DNA from: Trueperaceae bacterium
Lineage (GTDB): Bacteria; Deinococcota; Deinococci; Deinococcales; Trueperaceae
Direction: 5' to 3'
Length of the DNA: 64,000 nt
Assembly: GCA_965215565.1 (NCBI GenBank)
Contig: CBDCDZ010000004.1
Span: 736,001-800,000, forward strand
Part shown: piece by piece, positions 21,930 through 31,660 of the stretch
Numbering within the stretch: position 1 is the first letter of the stretch
Layout of the letters: every line of letters begins with the position of its first letter
Notes under the pieces: generated by a model
Databases searched by the model: none
Told to the model about the DNA's origin: nothing
The model's input: the letters and a program-made list of their open reading frames with translations, nothing else
Position numbers and translations under genes: made by a program

Positions 21930-23267
21930 ATGATGCCGATGACGACACGACACTACTTTGGAACCGACGGCATTCGTGGGGTTGCGGGCGACACGCCCTT
22001 GACCGCCGAATTCGCCTTTAAGGTGGGCGTAGCTGCGGCTGAAGCCCTCCGAGATGCGGGCAAGCACGCACCCACCGTCCTTATCGGCTCGGACACCAGG
22101 CGCTCCGGTCCGATGCTCGCGAACGCGCTGAGCGCGGGGCTCGCTTCACGCGGCGCGGAGGCGGTGGGCTTAGGCGTGATGCCGACGCCGGGCGTCTCCT
22201 ACCTCGCCCGCCGCTTAGAGGCGGACGCGGGCATCGTGGTGAGCGCCTCACACAATCCCTTCGCCGACAACGGCATCAAGTTTTTCGACGCCAAAGGTGA
22301 AAAGCTCTCGGACGCGCTCGAGGCGGAGATCGAGCGCTACTTGGAGGTGGATGACTTAGCGCCGGTTACAGGCGAACAGGTGGGCACGATCCGGCGGCAC
22401 AACCGCCTGGAGTCGAGCGACTACTTCGACTTTTTGGTTGCGAACGGTCCTGACCTTAGCGGGCTCAAGATCGGTTTGGATTGCGCCAACGGCGCGAGCT
22501 ACGCCCTCGCGCCCGAGGTCTTCCGGGCATTGGGGGCCGACGTAAAAACGATCTGCGCCGAGCCCGACGGCGTCAACATCAACACGAACTGCGGCTCGAC
22601 GCACCCGGACGTTATCAAGCAGCACGTGCGTGACAATAAGCTCGACTTAGGGGCAACGTTCGACGGAGACGCCGACAGGGTGTTGCTCGTGGACCGGCGC
22701 GGGCGGCTAGTCTCAGGCGATCACATGCTCGCTATCTGCGCACTTTACCGAGGCGAGCGGGCAGTCGTCTCAACCATCATGGGCAACTTAGGCTTAGAAC
22801 ACTTCTTAGGTGAGCACGGCGTCACCTTGCTTCGCAGCGCCGTCGGCGACCGCTACGTCCACGAGCTGCTTAACCGAGAAAACCTCACCCTGGGCGGCGA
22901 ACAGTCAGGGCACCTTCTCTTCTTAGACAAAGCGCCTACGGGTGATGGGATTTTCAGCGCGCTGCGCACGCTCGCGGCGGTGCAGACGCTCGGTAAGCCG
23001 TTGGACGCTTGGGTAGACGAGATTCCTATGTACCCGCAGACGCTCCTCAACGTGCGCGTCGCACCCGCGCTGAAAGCGAGCGTCGCCGAGCACGAGAGGG
23101 TCAAGCGCGCGGTCGAGGCGGCGGCTCTAAAGCTCGAGGGTCAAGGGCGCATCAACCTGCGTCCGAGCGGCACGGAGCCTTTGGTGCGCGTCATGGTGGA
23201 GGGGCAGGACCAGGCGCTTATAGAAGCTGTAGCGCAAGACGTCGCTTCGGTGGTCGAGACGATCTAG
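21930..23267 (+). CDS. glmM: Phosphoglucosamine mutase
   Basis: FGTDGIRG, SASHNP, DGDADR, GGEQSGH, RPSGTEP. Confidence 0.95.
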   Translation: MMPMTTRHYFGTDGIRGVAGDTPLTAEFAFKVGVAAAEALRDAGKHAPTVLIGSDTRRSGPMLANALSAGLASRGAEAVGLGVMPTPGVSYLARRLEADAGIVVSASHNPFADNGIKFFDAKGEKLSDALEAEIERYLEVDDLAPVTGEQVGTIRRHNRLESSDYFDFLVANGPDLSGLKIGLDCANGASYALAPEVFRALGADVKTICAEPDGVNINTNCGSTHPDVIKQHVRDNKLDLGATFDGDADRVLLVDRRGRLVSGDHMLAICALYRGERAVVSTIMGNLGLEHFLGEHGVTLLRSAVGDRYVHELLNRENLTLGGEQSGHLLFLDKAPTGDGIFSALRTLAAVQTLGKPLDAWVDEIPMYPQTLLNVRVAPALKASVAEHERVKRAVEAAALKLEGQGRINLRPSGTEPLVRVMVEGQDQALIEAVAQDVASVVETI

Positions 23268-23311
23268 TCATCCCTTTTGGATGTACTTTCGACTGCGTAG
23301 AGGAGAACAAG

Positions 23312-23348
23312 GAAAGAGGTCGCGTGCTACTAGCACGCGACCTCTTTC
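23312..23348. terminator. Bidirectional intrinsic terminator between convergent glmM and glgP
   Basis: GAAAGAGGTCGCGTGCTA-C-TAGCACGCGACCTCTTTC inverted repeat with A/T-rich flanks. Confidence 0.8.
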
Positions 23349-23450
23349 TCTTATTTTTGCTGCCGCGTTGTCCAAAAGCGAAAGGGCGTGCGGTTCACTC
23401 TAAATGTCCATACGCTCCTCGCGCCTCGAGCTAGCGCGGACGGGCTCCAA

Positions 23451-25997
23451 TCACGCCCAGCGGATGCTGTGCGAGTCGAAGGCGTTGACGAGGTGCTCGT
23501 GGACTGGGTAGACCCGCACGCCGTACGACAAGCGTCCGCTGATTTCAGGCTTGAAGCTCGTGCGGTACAAGCTGCCGCCGTCGGCGTAGGACTCGACGCA
23601 TTCCAGAGGCACCTTGCGCAGGTTCTGTTTGAGTTCGTCCTCTTCGGGGCTGTAGACGAGTTCAACGCGCAAGTCGGACGCCTCAAGCTCTTTGGTATTG
23701 AGAACCGCCTCGACGGTGATAGCGTCGCCGATATTCGCGGTGCGCTCGCTCGCGGCTTTAGCGGTGAAGTAGAGCGTATGCCAGCTCCTCTGAACGTGCT
23801 GCCGCCACTTCGCGAGGTCAGCGGCAGCGGCGAAGTCGCCCGCCTCCATGACCTCGGTGCGCTCTGAGCCAGGCGCGTAGAACTTATTCACGTAGTCTTT
23901 GACCATGCGCTGTGCGTTGAAGTTAGGGCTGACGGTTGCGATTGCGTCCTTCGAGCGCCTCAACCACTCTTGGGGCAGCCCACTCTCGTCACGCTCGTAG
24001 TAGAGCGGTACGACTTCTCGCTCCAAGAGGTCGTAGAGCGCGTCCGCGTCGGCGGCGTCGGCGAGTTCGGGATCGGTGATATCTCTGCCTGCACCAATAG
24101 CCCAGCCGTTTTCGCCGTCGTAGCCTTCGGGCCACCAGCCGTCTAAGATGCTCAGGTTCAAGACGCCGTTCATCGCCGCTTTCTGTCCGCTCGTGCCCGA
24201 CGCTTCAAGCGGTCTGCGCGGGTTGTTGAGCCACACGTCCGTCCCTCTCGTAATGGCGCGCCCCACCGCCATGTCGTAATCTTCAACAAAGATGATCTTA
24301 CCCTTGAAGCGCGGATCGTTAGACAAGTTCTGAATCTTTTCGATCAACTCTTGCCCTGGCTTATCAGCGGGGTGCGCCTTGCCCGAAAAGACGAGTTGGA
24401 CGGGCATGTCAGGCTTGTTGAGGATGCGCGCGAGCCGGTCTAGGTCTCTAAAGATCAGCGTGGCGCGTTTGTATGTCGCGAAGCGGCGGGCGAAGCCGAT
24501 GGTCAGCGCATTTTGGTCGAAGAGCGTGTCCACGTAGCGGAAGTCCGAGGGACCTGCGCCGTGCCGCTCTAACTGCGTGTGAATCCGCCGCCTAAAAAAG
24601 TCGATGGTCTGCGCGTTGAGGGCGCGGCGCGCCTCCCAGAGCTTGGCAGAATCCACCTCTTTCACCTGCTGCCACATTTCAGCGTCGTCCGGGCGGCTGC
24701 GCCAATCGTCGGGCAAGACCTCGTCGGTCAGGCTCTGAATTTCGGGCGAGACCCACGTCGCGGCGTGAACGCCGTTGGTGATGTGGTCGATGGGCACCTC
24801 TTCGGTGGGCACTTCGGGCCAGAGGTCGTTCCAGATGCGCCTCGAGGTCTCGCCGTGCAGCTCGGCAACGCCGTTACGCCCGCTCGAGAAGCGGAGCGCC
24901 AGCGCGGGCATACTAAAGACCGGACCCCAACCGTGGTCGTGGCGAGCGAGATCGAAAAACTGCTGTTGAGACAATCCGAGTGAGCCCCAGTAGCCGCTGA
25001 AAAAGTGTGTGATGAGTTCGAAAGGGAACGCATCGTTGCCCGCCGCGACGGGCGTATGCACCGTGAAGTTCGTCCCGGCGACGACTGCTTCGCGCGCCTG
25101 ATCGAAGCTCACGCCGCCCTCGACGAGTTCGCGGCAGCGCTCTAAAGGCATAAAAGCGCTGTGCCCCTCGTTCATGTGCCACGCCGTCGGCTCGATATTT
25201 AGTGCGCGCAAGAGCCGCACGCCGCCGATGCCCAAGATAATCTCCTGCGCGATGCGCGTGCGTTGATCGCCGCCGTAAAGCCGCGCCAAGAGCGCCCGGT
25301 CTTCGGGGCTGTTTTCAGGCACGTCGGTGTCGAGCAGATAGACCTTGACCGCGCCCACCGAAAGGAGCCACGCCCGCAGTTCCACCTCACGGCTGTGGAG
25401 CGTCACGCGGACGCGGACCTCGTCACCGTTCTCGTCCTTGACCGGCTTAAAGGGCATCTCGCTCGGGCTGAGGCGCTCGTAGACCGCTTCTTGCTTGCCG
25501 TTCGCGCCGACTTGCTGGTGAAAGTACCCTTCGGGGTACCAAAGACCTACCGCGACGAGCGGCACGCCCAAGTCCGAGGCAGCCTTTGTGTGGTCACCCG
25601 CCAAGATGCCCAAACCGCCCGAATAGAGCGCGACGGCTTCGTGCCAGCCATATTCGGCGCAGAAGTAGGCGTAGACGTGATCCGAAGACGCGCCGTACGT
25701 TCTCTTAAACCAGCTCTGAGGCGAATCCAGGTAGGCGTCAAAAGCTTCGATGACGTCGTCGTAGAGCGCGAGGTATTCGTCGTTTTGCACGGCGGCCTCG
25801 AGCTTGCGCTGCTCGATGTCGCGCAGCATCGCTACGGGGCTGTGCCCAACGCGCTCCCACAGCTCGCGGTCCAAACGGCGAAAGATGCGCCGCGCGTCGG
25901 GACGCCAGGTCCAGTAGAGGTTGTGCGCTAACTCGTCTAGGCGCGCGATACGCTCGGGCAGGTCAGGCAGGACAGTCACACGTCCGAGGACATTCAT
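23451..25997 (-). CDS. glgP: Alpha-glucan (glycogen/maltodextrin) phosphorylase
   Basis: YSGGLGILAGD, HMNEGH, ARRFATYKR, EASGTSGQK (PLP lysine). Confidence 0.95.
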   Translation of the reverse strand: MNVLGRVTVLPDLPERIARLDELAHNLYWTWRPDARRIFRRLDRELWERVGHSPVAMLRDIEQRKLEAAVQNDEYLALYDDVIEAFDAYLDSPQSWFKRTYGASSDHVYAYFCAEYGWHEAVALYSGGLGILAGDHTKAASDLGVPLVAVGLWYPEGYFHQQVGANGKQEAVYERLSPSEMPFKPVKDENGDEVRVRVTLHSREVELRAWLLSVGAVKVYLLDTDVPENSPEDRALLARLYGGDQRTRIAQEIILGIGGVRLLRALNIEPTAWHMNEGHSAFMPLERCRELVEGGVSFDQAREAVVAGTNFTVHTPVAAGNDAFPFELITHFFSGYWGSLGLSQQQFFDLARHDHGWGPVFSMPALALRFSSGRNGVAELHGETSRRIWNDLWPEVPTEEVPIDHITNGVHAATWVSPEIQSLTDEVLPDDWRSRPDDAEMWQQVKEVDSAKLWEARRALNAQTIDFFRRRIHTQLERHGAGPSDFRYVDTLFDQNALTIGFARRFATYKRATLIFRDLDRLARILNKPDMPVQLVFSGKAHPADKPGQELIEKIQNLSNDPRFKGKIIFVEDYDMAVGRAITRGTDVWLNNPRRPLEASGTSGQKAAMNGVLNLSILDGWWPEGYDGENGWAIGAGRDITDPELADAADADALYDLLEREVVPLYYERDESGLPQEWLRRSKDAIATVSPNFNAQRMVKDYVNKFYAPGSERTEVMEAGDFAAAADLAKWRQHVQRSWHTLYFTAKAASERTANIGDAITVEAVLNTKELEASDLRVELVYSPEEDELKQNLRKVPLECVESYADGGSLYRTSFKPEISGRLSYGVRVYPVHEHLVNAFDSHSIRWA

Positions 25998-26340
25998 AGG
26001 GGCTCCTTCTCAGCGGTTGTGGGGATTGGGAAAGGGATAATGGACATTCAACATTGAAATTTACCACTTCTGCGCAGGGTCTGCCTAGAGAAAATAGCCT
26101 CATCTAAACAGGTCACCTCGGCATGGCTGAGGCCAGAACGTATAAGAAATCTGCTCGAGGTTCCCTGATTCCCCACGCATCTTATAACGGAGACGCGGCA
26201 AAATAGCAAGAGAAGACACACTTTTTGCCACTTTTCCAGCGTTGTCCTATATGCTGAGATACAACAGTAAGGAAGAAAGCAGATTATAGCCATCCGAACT
26301 GTTGCCACGTTCTACTCGTCGCCTCTCCTAAAGAATCTGA

Positions 26341-26455
26341 GTAGCGGCTCTATTTGGAACGACAGTGATGTCAAAACAAGGGGTTGCAACCCCTTGTTTA
26401 TCGCATGGAGACGGTAAAAGAAGCACACAGTGGCATTCAACTTAGAACCACTACC
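26341..26455 (+). repeat. MITE/REP-like family B, copy 1
   Basis: Ends GTAGCGGCTCTA / TAGAACCACTAC; central perfect palindrome AAACAAGGGGTTGCAACCCCTTGTTT (26374-26399); homologous to 51967-52081. Confidence 0.75.
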
Positions 26456-26582
26456 AGAATTTGCACCCTTTCGCCTCTCCCGCCCCAGCAAACCTATCAG
26501 TAGATTTACTTGACAGCGCATTCAGTTGGCAGCGCATCTGGTTGACAGTACGAGCGCCCGAAGTGAGACAGAATAGAGCTTA

Positions 26583-28184
26583 GTGATTCCTTCAACGCGC
26601 CCTCAACCCCACGAACCGCAAAACCGCGCCCTCCGAACCCGCCGCTGGCCGCCCCTCATCGTCCTCGTGCCAAGCGTCATCGTTGCGGCGTCGGTGCTCT
26701 TGCCGCTCGTCTACCTCGCGCTGCGCTCGTTGGGAGCGGGCACGGACGTCTGGTCTTTTATCTTGCGTCCGCGCACACTCGGGGTGGTGTGGCGCAGCCT
26801 GGCGTTAGCCTTTTGCGTGACGACGGCGAGCCTGGCGCTCGCTCTGCCCACCGCGTGGCTCACGCTCCGCACCGATTTGGCGTTGCGACGCCTCTGGTTC
26901 GTGCTCAGCGTGTTGCCGCTCGTCATCCCTAGCTTCGTGGGCGCATTTGCGCTCGTCTCGGCTTTCGCGCCCGGCGGTCTCGTCACGGCTTGGCTACCTT
27001 TCGGGGTGCCGAGTCCCTACGGTTTCTGGGGTGCGTTCGTCGTGCTCACGCTCTTTAACTACCCCTACATGCTCCTCGCTATTCGGAGCGGTTTGCGCGG
27101 GCTTGACCCGAGTTTGGAGGAGGCGGCGCGGAGCCTCGGGAGAACGCCCTGGCAAACTTTCATGGAGGTGACGCTGCCGCACCTGCGCCCCGCCATCGCC
27201 GCCGGTGCGCTCCTCGTCTCGCTCTACGTGTTATCGGATTTCGGCGCGGTCTCGATGTTGCGCGTGGAGACCTTTACTCAAGCGATTTATGTCCAGTACA
27301 AAGGCTCTTTTAACCGCGCCAACGCCGCCGTCTTGGGGCTCATGCTCGTCGCGCTTATCGGAACCGTGATGCTCGTAGACGCGGTCGTGCGCGGACGTTC
27401 ACGTTTAGACAGGCTCGGCTCAGGGGCGGCGCGCAAGCCTGCGCTCATCAAGCTCGGCGCGTGGGGGTGGGCGGCGCAGCTCTTTTTAAGCAGCGTGACC
27501 CTTTTCGCGCTCGTCGCGCCCGTATCCGTGATGCTGGTGTGGTTCTGGCGAGGCGTCCAAAGCGGCCAGGCACTCTCCACCGAACTCTCCCCCATCTGGA
27601 ACGCGGTCAGCGTCTCGCTCTTAGCAGCGCTCATCACGAGTCTCGCGGCGGTGCCTATCGCGGTATTAGCAGTGCGCTTTCCCTCCAGGATTAGCGCCTC
27701 CTTAGAACGCCTGACCTACGTCGGCTACGCACTACCAGGTATCGTCGTCGCACTCTCCCTAGTCTTCTTCGGCGCACGCTACGCGCCCTGGCTCTACCAG
27801 ACTAGGGCGATGCTCGTCTTCGCCTACGCGGTGCTCTTTTTGCCGCAGGCGGTGGGCAACGTGCGGGCGACACTCCTACAGGTCAACCCGCACTTGGAGG
27901 AGGCGGCGCGGAGCTTGGGGAGGGGCCGGACGCGGACCCTCTTAGAGGTCACGCTGCCGCTTGTGCGGAGCGGACTCATCACGGGCGCAGCCATCGTCTT
28001 TTTAACGAGCATGAAGGAGTTGCCCGCGACGCTCCTCTTGAGCCCCATCGAATTCAACACGCTCGCCACGCGCATCTGGTCGTGGACCACCGAGGCGTTT
28101 TTCGCGCAAGCCGCCCCCTACGCGCTGCTCTTGGTGCTCGTATCGTCGCTTTCGGTTGGCATTTTGTTGTCGCAAGAGGAGTAG
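26583..28184 (+). CDS. Fe(III)-type ABC transporter permease (FbpB/SfuB-like, two EAA modules)
   Basis: Two LEEAARSLG motifs, SDFG, MKELPATLLL; about 12 TM helices. Confidence 0.88.
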   Translation: MIPSTRPQPHEPQNRALRTRRWPPLIVLVPSVIVAASVLLPLVYLALRSLGAGTDVWSFILRPRTLGVVWRSLALAFCVTTASLALALPTAWLTLRTDLALRRLWFVLSVLPLVIPSFVGAFALVSAFAPGGLVTAWLPFGVPSPYGFWGAFVVLTLFNYPYMLLAIRSGLRGLDPSLEEAARSLGRTPWQTFMEVTLPHLRPAIAAGALLVSLYVLSDFGAVSMLRVETFTQAIYVQYKGSFNRANAAVLGLMLVALIGTVMLVDAVVRGRSRLDRLGSGAARKPALIKLGAWGWAAQLFLSSVTLFALVAPVSVMLVWFWRGVQSGQALSTELSPIWNAVSVSLLAALITSLAAVPIAVLAVRFPSRISASLERLTYVGYALPGIVVALSLVFFGARYAPWLYQTRAMLVFAYAVLFLPQAVGNVRATLLQVNPHLEEAARSLGRGRTRTLLEVTLPLVRSGLITGAAIVFLTSMKELPATLLLSPIEFNTLATRIWSWTTEAFFAQAAPYALLLVLVSSLSVGILLSQEE

Positions 28185-28997
28185 TTAGTCGGACTCGAAA
28201 TACGCCTCGAACAGCTCGGGATTAAAAGAGCTTACCGAGACGATTTCTTGCGCCACAAGGACTACTTCGAAGTCGTGGGCTAAGGCGCTCATCTCCGGGT
28301 GGCGTGCGGCGCGGCGGTAGACCTCTGCTACGATCTCCTCTTCGGTGAAGCCGGGAAGCCCTAACGTCACCTCTTCGATGAGTTGAACGTAAATCTCTTC
28401 GATGCGCGTCTGCACACCCGCGTGCGTCGCTTCGTAATTGACATTCAAGGTAAGACTGTGCGTCTTTTCGTCGCGGTAGCCGCTACGCACGAGCCTTAGC
28501 CGCACGCTTTCGACGCGCCTCGCCGGGTTGATAGAAGACACCACGCGCCCGACGTATACTTTGCCAGAGCGAAGCGTCACCGAGAGCAGCGCTTGCGTCT
28601 CCAGGTGCTCAATGAGCAACACCTCTAAAGGGTCGCCCGCCTGAAGGATAAGCCGCCGCACGAGGTTCTCTACACGCAGCGCGGGCACAAAAAAGCGCAA
28701 GAGGTTGAGGGGCCACCAGAGCGCCGCGCCCAAGAGAAAACCGAGCACGGCCTGGGCTGAATCGTCTATGGTGACGACGCTATACCACCACGCGAGTATC
28801 TGCCGTAACGGAAACGTCGCCCCGAGACCTACGACCAAAAAGTGTGCGAGGAGAAGAAACAGCCCACCCGCCACCGACGCGGCGAAGACGAGCTTATATC
28901 CCCCTGCGCGCTGCGACCAGTAGCGCAGCGGAAGCCAGAGGCTCACAAAGATAAAGCCGCCTAAAAGGGGCGGCAAAAAGAGGTTGACTGTAGGCAC
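28185..28997 (-). CDS. Hypothetical membrane protein (3 N-terminal TM helices + soluble domain)
   Basis: 270-aa ORF; VTLRSGKVYVGRV and SGYRDEKT motifs; start overlaps the stop of the upstream ORF. Confidence 0.7.
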   Translation of the reverse strand: MPTVNLFLPPLLGGFIFVSLWLPLRYWSQRAGGYKLVFAASVAGGLFLLLAHFLVVGLGATFPLRQILAWWYSVVTIDDSAQAVLGFLLGAALWWPLNLLRFFVPALRVENLVRRLILQAGDPLEVLLIEHLETQALLSVTLRSGKVYVGRVVSSINPARRVESVRLRLVRSGYRDEKTHSLTLNVNYEATHAGVQTRIEEIYVQLIEEVTLGLPGFTEEEIVAEVYRRAARHPEMSALAHDFEVVLVAQEIVSVSSFNPELFEAYFESD

Positions 28998-29212
28998 TAT
29001 TCTTCGGGTGTGGCTTCGCCTTTTTGCCTGGTACCTCTTTGCCTAGCGTCCAAGCGTTGCCGAACTAAACTGCGCAAGGTCTGGGGGGATATCGCTGCGA
29101 CCGCGCTCTCCACATAGGGCGTGCCCGAGCGGGTAAATTTAACAGGTACGACGGTTTTCCGCTCTGACCCAGTCTCACGTTCTGCGCCAGCGGGCAAGGT
29201 AATACTCGCCAT
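28997..29212 (-). CDS. Small hypothetical protein
   Basis: ATG with AAGGAG RBS and TATACT -10 upstream; stop overlaps the next GTG. Confidence 0.6.
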   Translation of the reverse strand: MASITLPAGAERETGSERKTVVPVKFTRSGTPYVESAVAAISPQTLRSLVRQRLDARQRGTRQKGEATPEE

Positions 29213-29542
29213 GATTCACGCTCCTTGCGCTCAGTATAGCAGACGTGCAAATTTCAGAGGGTGATGTTTCAACGACGCGCCGCCGCTGGGCGGCGCGTCG
29301 TCAAGAGGTCGCATGGTCTCTCCCAAATCGTCCCGGTCCTGGTAGACGGTTCCGTGCAAGGAGCAAATTGCGCGAAGAGGTCGTGAGAACGCGCATTATC
29401 CTTCCGCCGAACGCTCCGTCAAACGGGGATACACTAAGCAGTCGGTTGAGCAAGGTCTTGTATAGAGGAACCAAGAATACAGAATGGGAGCCTATATTCT
29501 TCATTCTGTATTCCTCCTTCATGCGGTGTGACCTGGTCCTCT

Positions 29543-30484
29543 TTACCCCTCCAGCCGTTCCGGGTGCTTCTTCTGCCAATACCGCTTGAGCCCCATCACC
29601 GTCATCGCGTCGTTCGAGGTGACGCGGTGGCGCTCCACAACCGCTTCGGAGGCGTTCTCAGCGTCTAGCTCTTTGCGGGACAACCGCTCGAGCCTCGCCC
29701 CGAGTTCATCGTCCTCTTCGCCCCGCTGAAGCCCCGCTAAGACCTCCTCTGCCCACGCCGTATTCTTCTCCGCCACCTCAACCAAGTGCGCGTCCACCTC
29801 TTTCACCTCGCCAAAGTGGGTCAAGAGAAGCCGCTCCGCCCCCGCTTGGCGGATGACCTGGAGCGTATCTTCCCACGCCTCTAAGTCCACTTCGGGGGGC
29901 GGCAAGGCGGGGCGCACCACGCCTGAGCCGGGCAGCCGAATCGCCGCCGCGTCACCCGTAAACAGCGCGCTCTTTTCCATAAGATACGCCACGTGATGTG
30001 AGGCGTGACCAGGCGTGTAGAGCACGTCAAAACGCCTGCCTGCCGCCTGAAAGGTCTCACCGTCACGCACGACGCGCAGGAGGTTTCGCGGTAGAGGCTC
30101 CATCTCGCCCCAGAGCGTCTCCATTTGACTGCCGTAGATGCGCGCCGCGCTCTTCATGAGGCGGCTCGGGTCCAAGAGGTGAGGCGCGCCGTTTTCGTGG
30201 ACGTAGACCTCGGCGCTGTAGCGCCGCGCGAGCGTGCCTGCCGCGCCCGCGTGGTCGAGGTGGATGTGGGTGACCATGACGCTTTCAAGACCTTCGGGCT
30301 CGAAGCCCGCCTCGCGAACCGCGGCTTCTAAGGTGTCCAACGTCGAGCCCGGTCCGCTCTCGACTAGGGCGAAGCTGCCGCCCGGTCCGGGCACGAGGTA
30401 CGCACCCACCGTTCCTTGGTAGCCCATGTGCCGCGTGTCGAGCAAAAAGACGTCGCCTAACTTCTGCGCTAAAGGAAGGTTCAT
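29543..30484 (-). CDS. Metallo-beta-lactamase-fold hydrolase
   Basis: THIHLDHAG, TPGHASHH, FTGD, THFG. Confidence 0.9.
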   Translation of the reverse strand: MNLPLAQKLGDVFLLDTRHMGYQGTVGAYLVPGPGGSFALVESGPGSTLDTLEAAVREAGFEPEGLESVMVTHIHLDHAGAAGTLARRYSAEVYVHENGAPHLLDPSRLMKSAARIYGSQMETLWGEMEPLPRNLLRVVRDGETFQAAGRRFDVLYTPGHASHHVAYLMEKSALFTGDAAAIRLPGSGVVRPALPPPEVDLEAWEDTLQVIRQAGAERLLLTHFGEVKEVDAHLVEVAEKNTAWAEEVLAGLQRGEEDDELGARLERLSRKELDAENASEAVVERHRVTSNDAMTVMGLKRYWQKKHPERLEG

Positions 30485-31257
30485 CCTGCCTCCACCCGGT
30501 TTTTCAGCGTGCCGACGCCTTCGACGCTGACCTCGACTTCGTCGCCCACGTGCAGGGGTCCGACACCGTCGGGCGTACCCGTCAGCACCACGTCACCCGG
30601 CTCTAAGGTCATAAAAGTGCTGATATAAGCGAGGACCGCGGGGACGGAAAAGATGAGGTCCGACGTGTTGCCGCTTTGTCTAAGCTCGCCGTTGACGCGC
30701 GTTTGTACGCTCAGGCTGCTCGTGTCTAAATCGGTCTCGAGCCACGGTCCGAGCGGGCAAAACCCGTCGGCGGACTTCCCCCTTGTCCACTGCAAGTCGC
30801 TCTGCTGCTTGTCGCGCGCGGTCACGTCTAGCGCGCAGGTGTAGCCGAGCACATGGGACAGGGCGTCCGCTTCCGCAACCTCTTTCATGCGCCGCCCGAT
30901 GACGACGGCGAGTTCGCCCTCGTAATGCAAATTTTTCGTCCACGAGGGGTAAGGGACCGGGTCCCCTGGGTTGGAAAGCGTGTTGAGCGCTTTGAGGAAG
31001 AGCCCCGGCTCGCTCGGCAGATGCCCTTCGTCGCCGCCCATCTCCCTGATATGTTTCGCGTAGTTTCTGCCGACGCAGACGATGGCGCGCGGTTCACAAG
31101 GCGCGAGGAGGGTCACGTCGGACAGCGCCATCTCCGTCAACGCCAAATCCTCATCTTTATGCTCACTCGTCATGTCCATTAGGGGATGAATCCGTTCGCC
31201 TTCTAGTTCGCCCCAGTGTACGCCGTCAGCGTCCCTATACTTCACACGTTTCAACAC
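30481..31257 (-). CDS. Fumarylacetoacetate hydrolase family protein
   Basis: CVGRNYAKH, HYEGEL, DVTARD, GKSADGFCPLGP, TGTPDGVG. Confidence 0.92.
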   Translation of the reverse strand: MLKRVKYRDADGVHWGELEGERIHPLMDMTSEHKDEDLALTEMALSDVTLLAPCEPRAIVCVGRNYAKHIREMGGDEGHLPSEPGLFLKALNTLSNPGDPVPYPSWTKNLHYEGELAVVIGRRMKEVAEADALSHVLGYTCALDVTARDKQQSDLQWTRGKSADGFCPLGPWLETDLDTSSLSVQTRVNGELRQSGNTSDLIFSVPAVLAYISTFMTLEPGDVVLTGTPDGVGPLHVGDEVEVSVEGVGTLKNRVEAG

Positions 31258-31660
31258 GTCACCTCTTCCAAGCCGTTCTATACTGAGTTCATTCGAGCAG
31301 GTATCATTCGGTCAAAGAGCCTAAAGTACACCTTTGAACGCGACGTACACCTCTAGGCAGCAAACTTGTATACCACTTTCAGTGAAACTCGTCCGCGGAG
31401 CAGCTTTCGCACTTCGCATTTAAGACAAAATCCTGCTAGCTTCGCTGAGACCCTTCGCCAGTTACACAGTTTCCCGACTCTACCGAAGCGCGAAGCGTCA
31501 GGAAGGCAAGACTTCACAAGCGACATTCTGCCTCAATATAGTTGGGTACTGCTGTTAACCAAAAGCATCTTACCCGAGCCGGCGGTATTGTACCCCGGAC
31601 GCGCGCCCGCCTGCCCCGCCACCTGAACCGTCGCCCATCTGGGCGTGTCATGCTTAGCGG

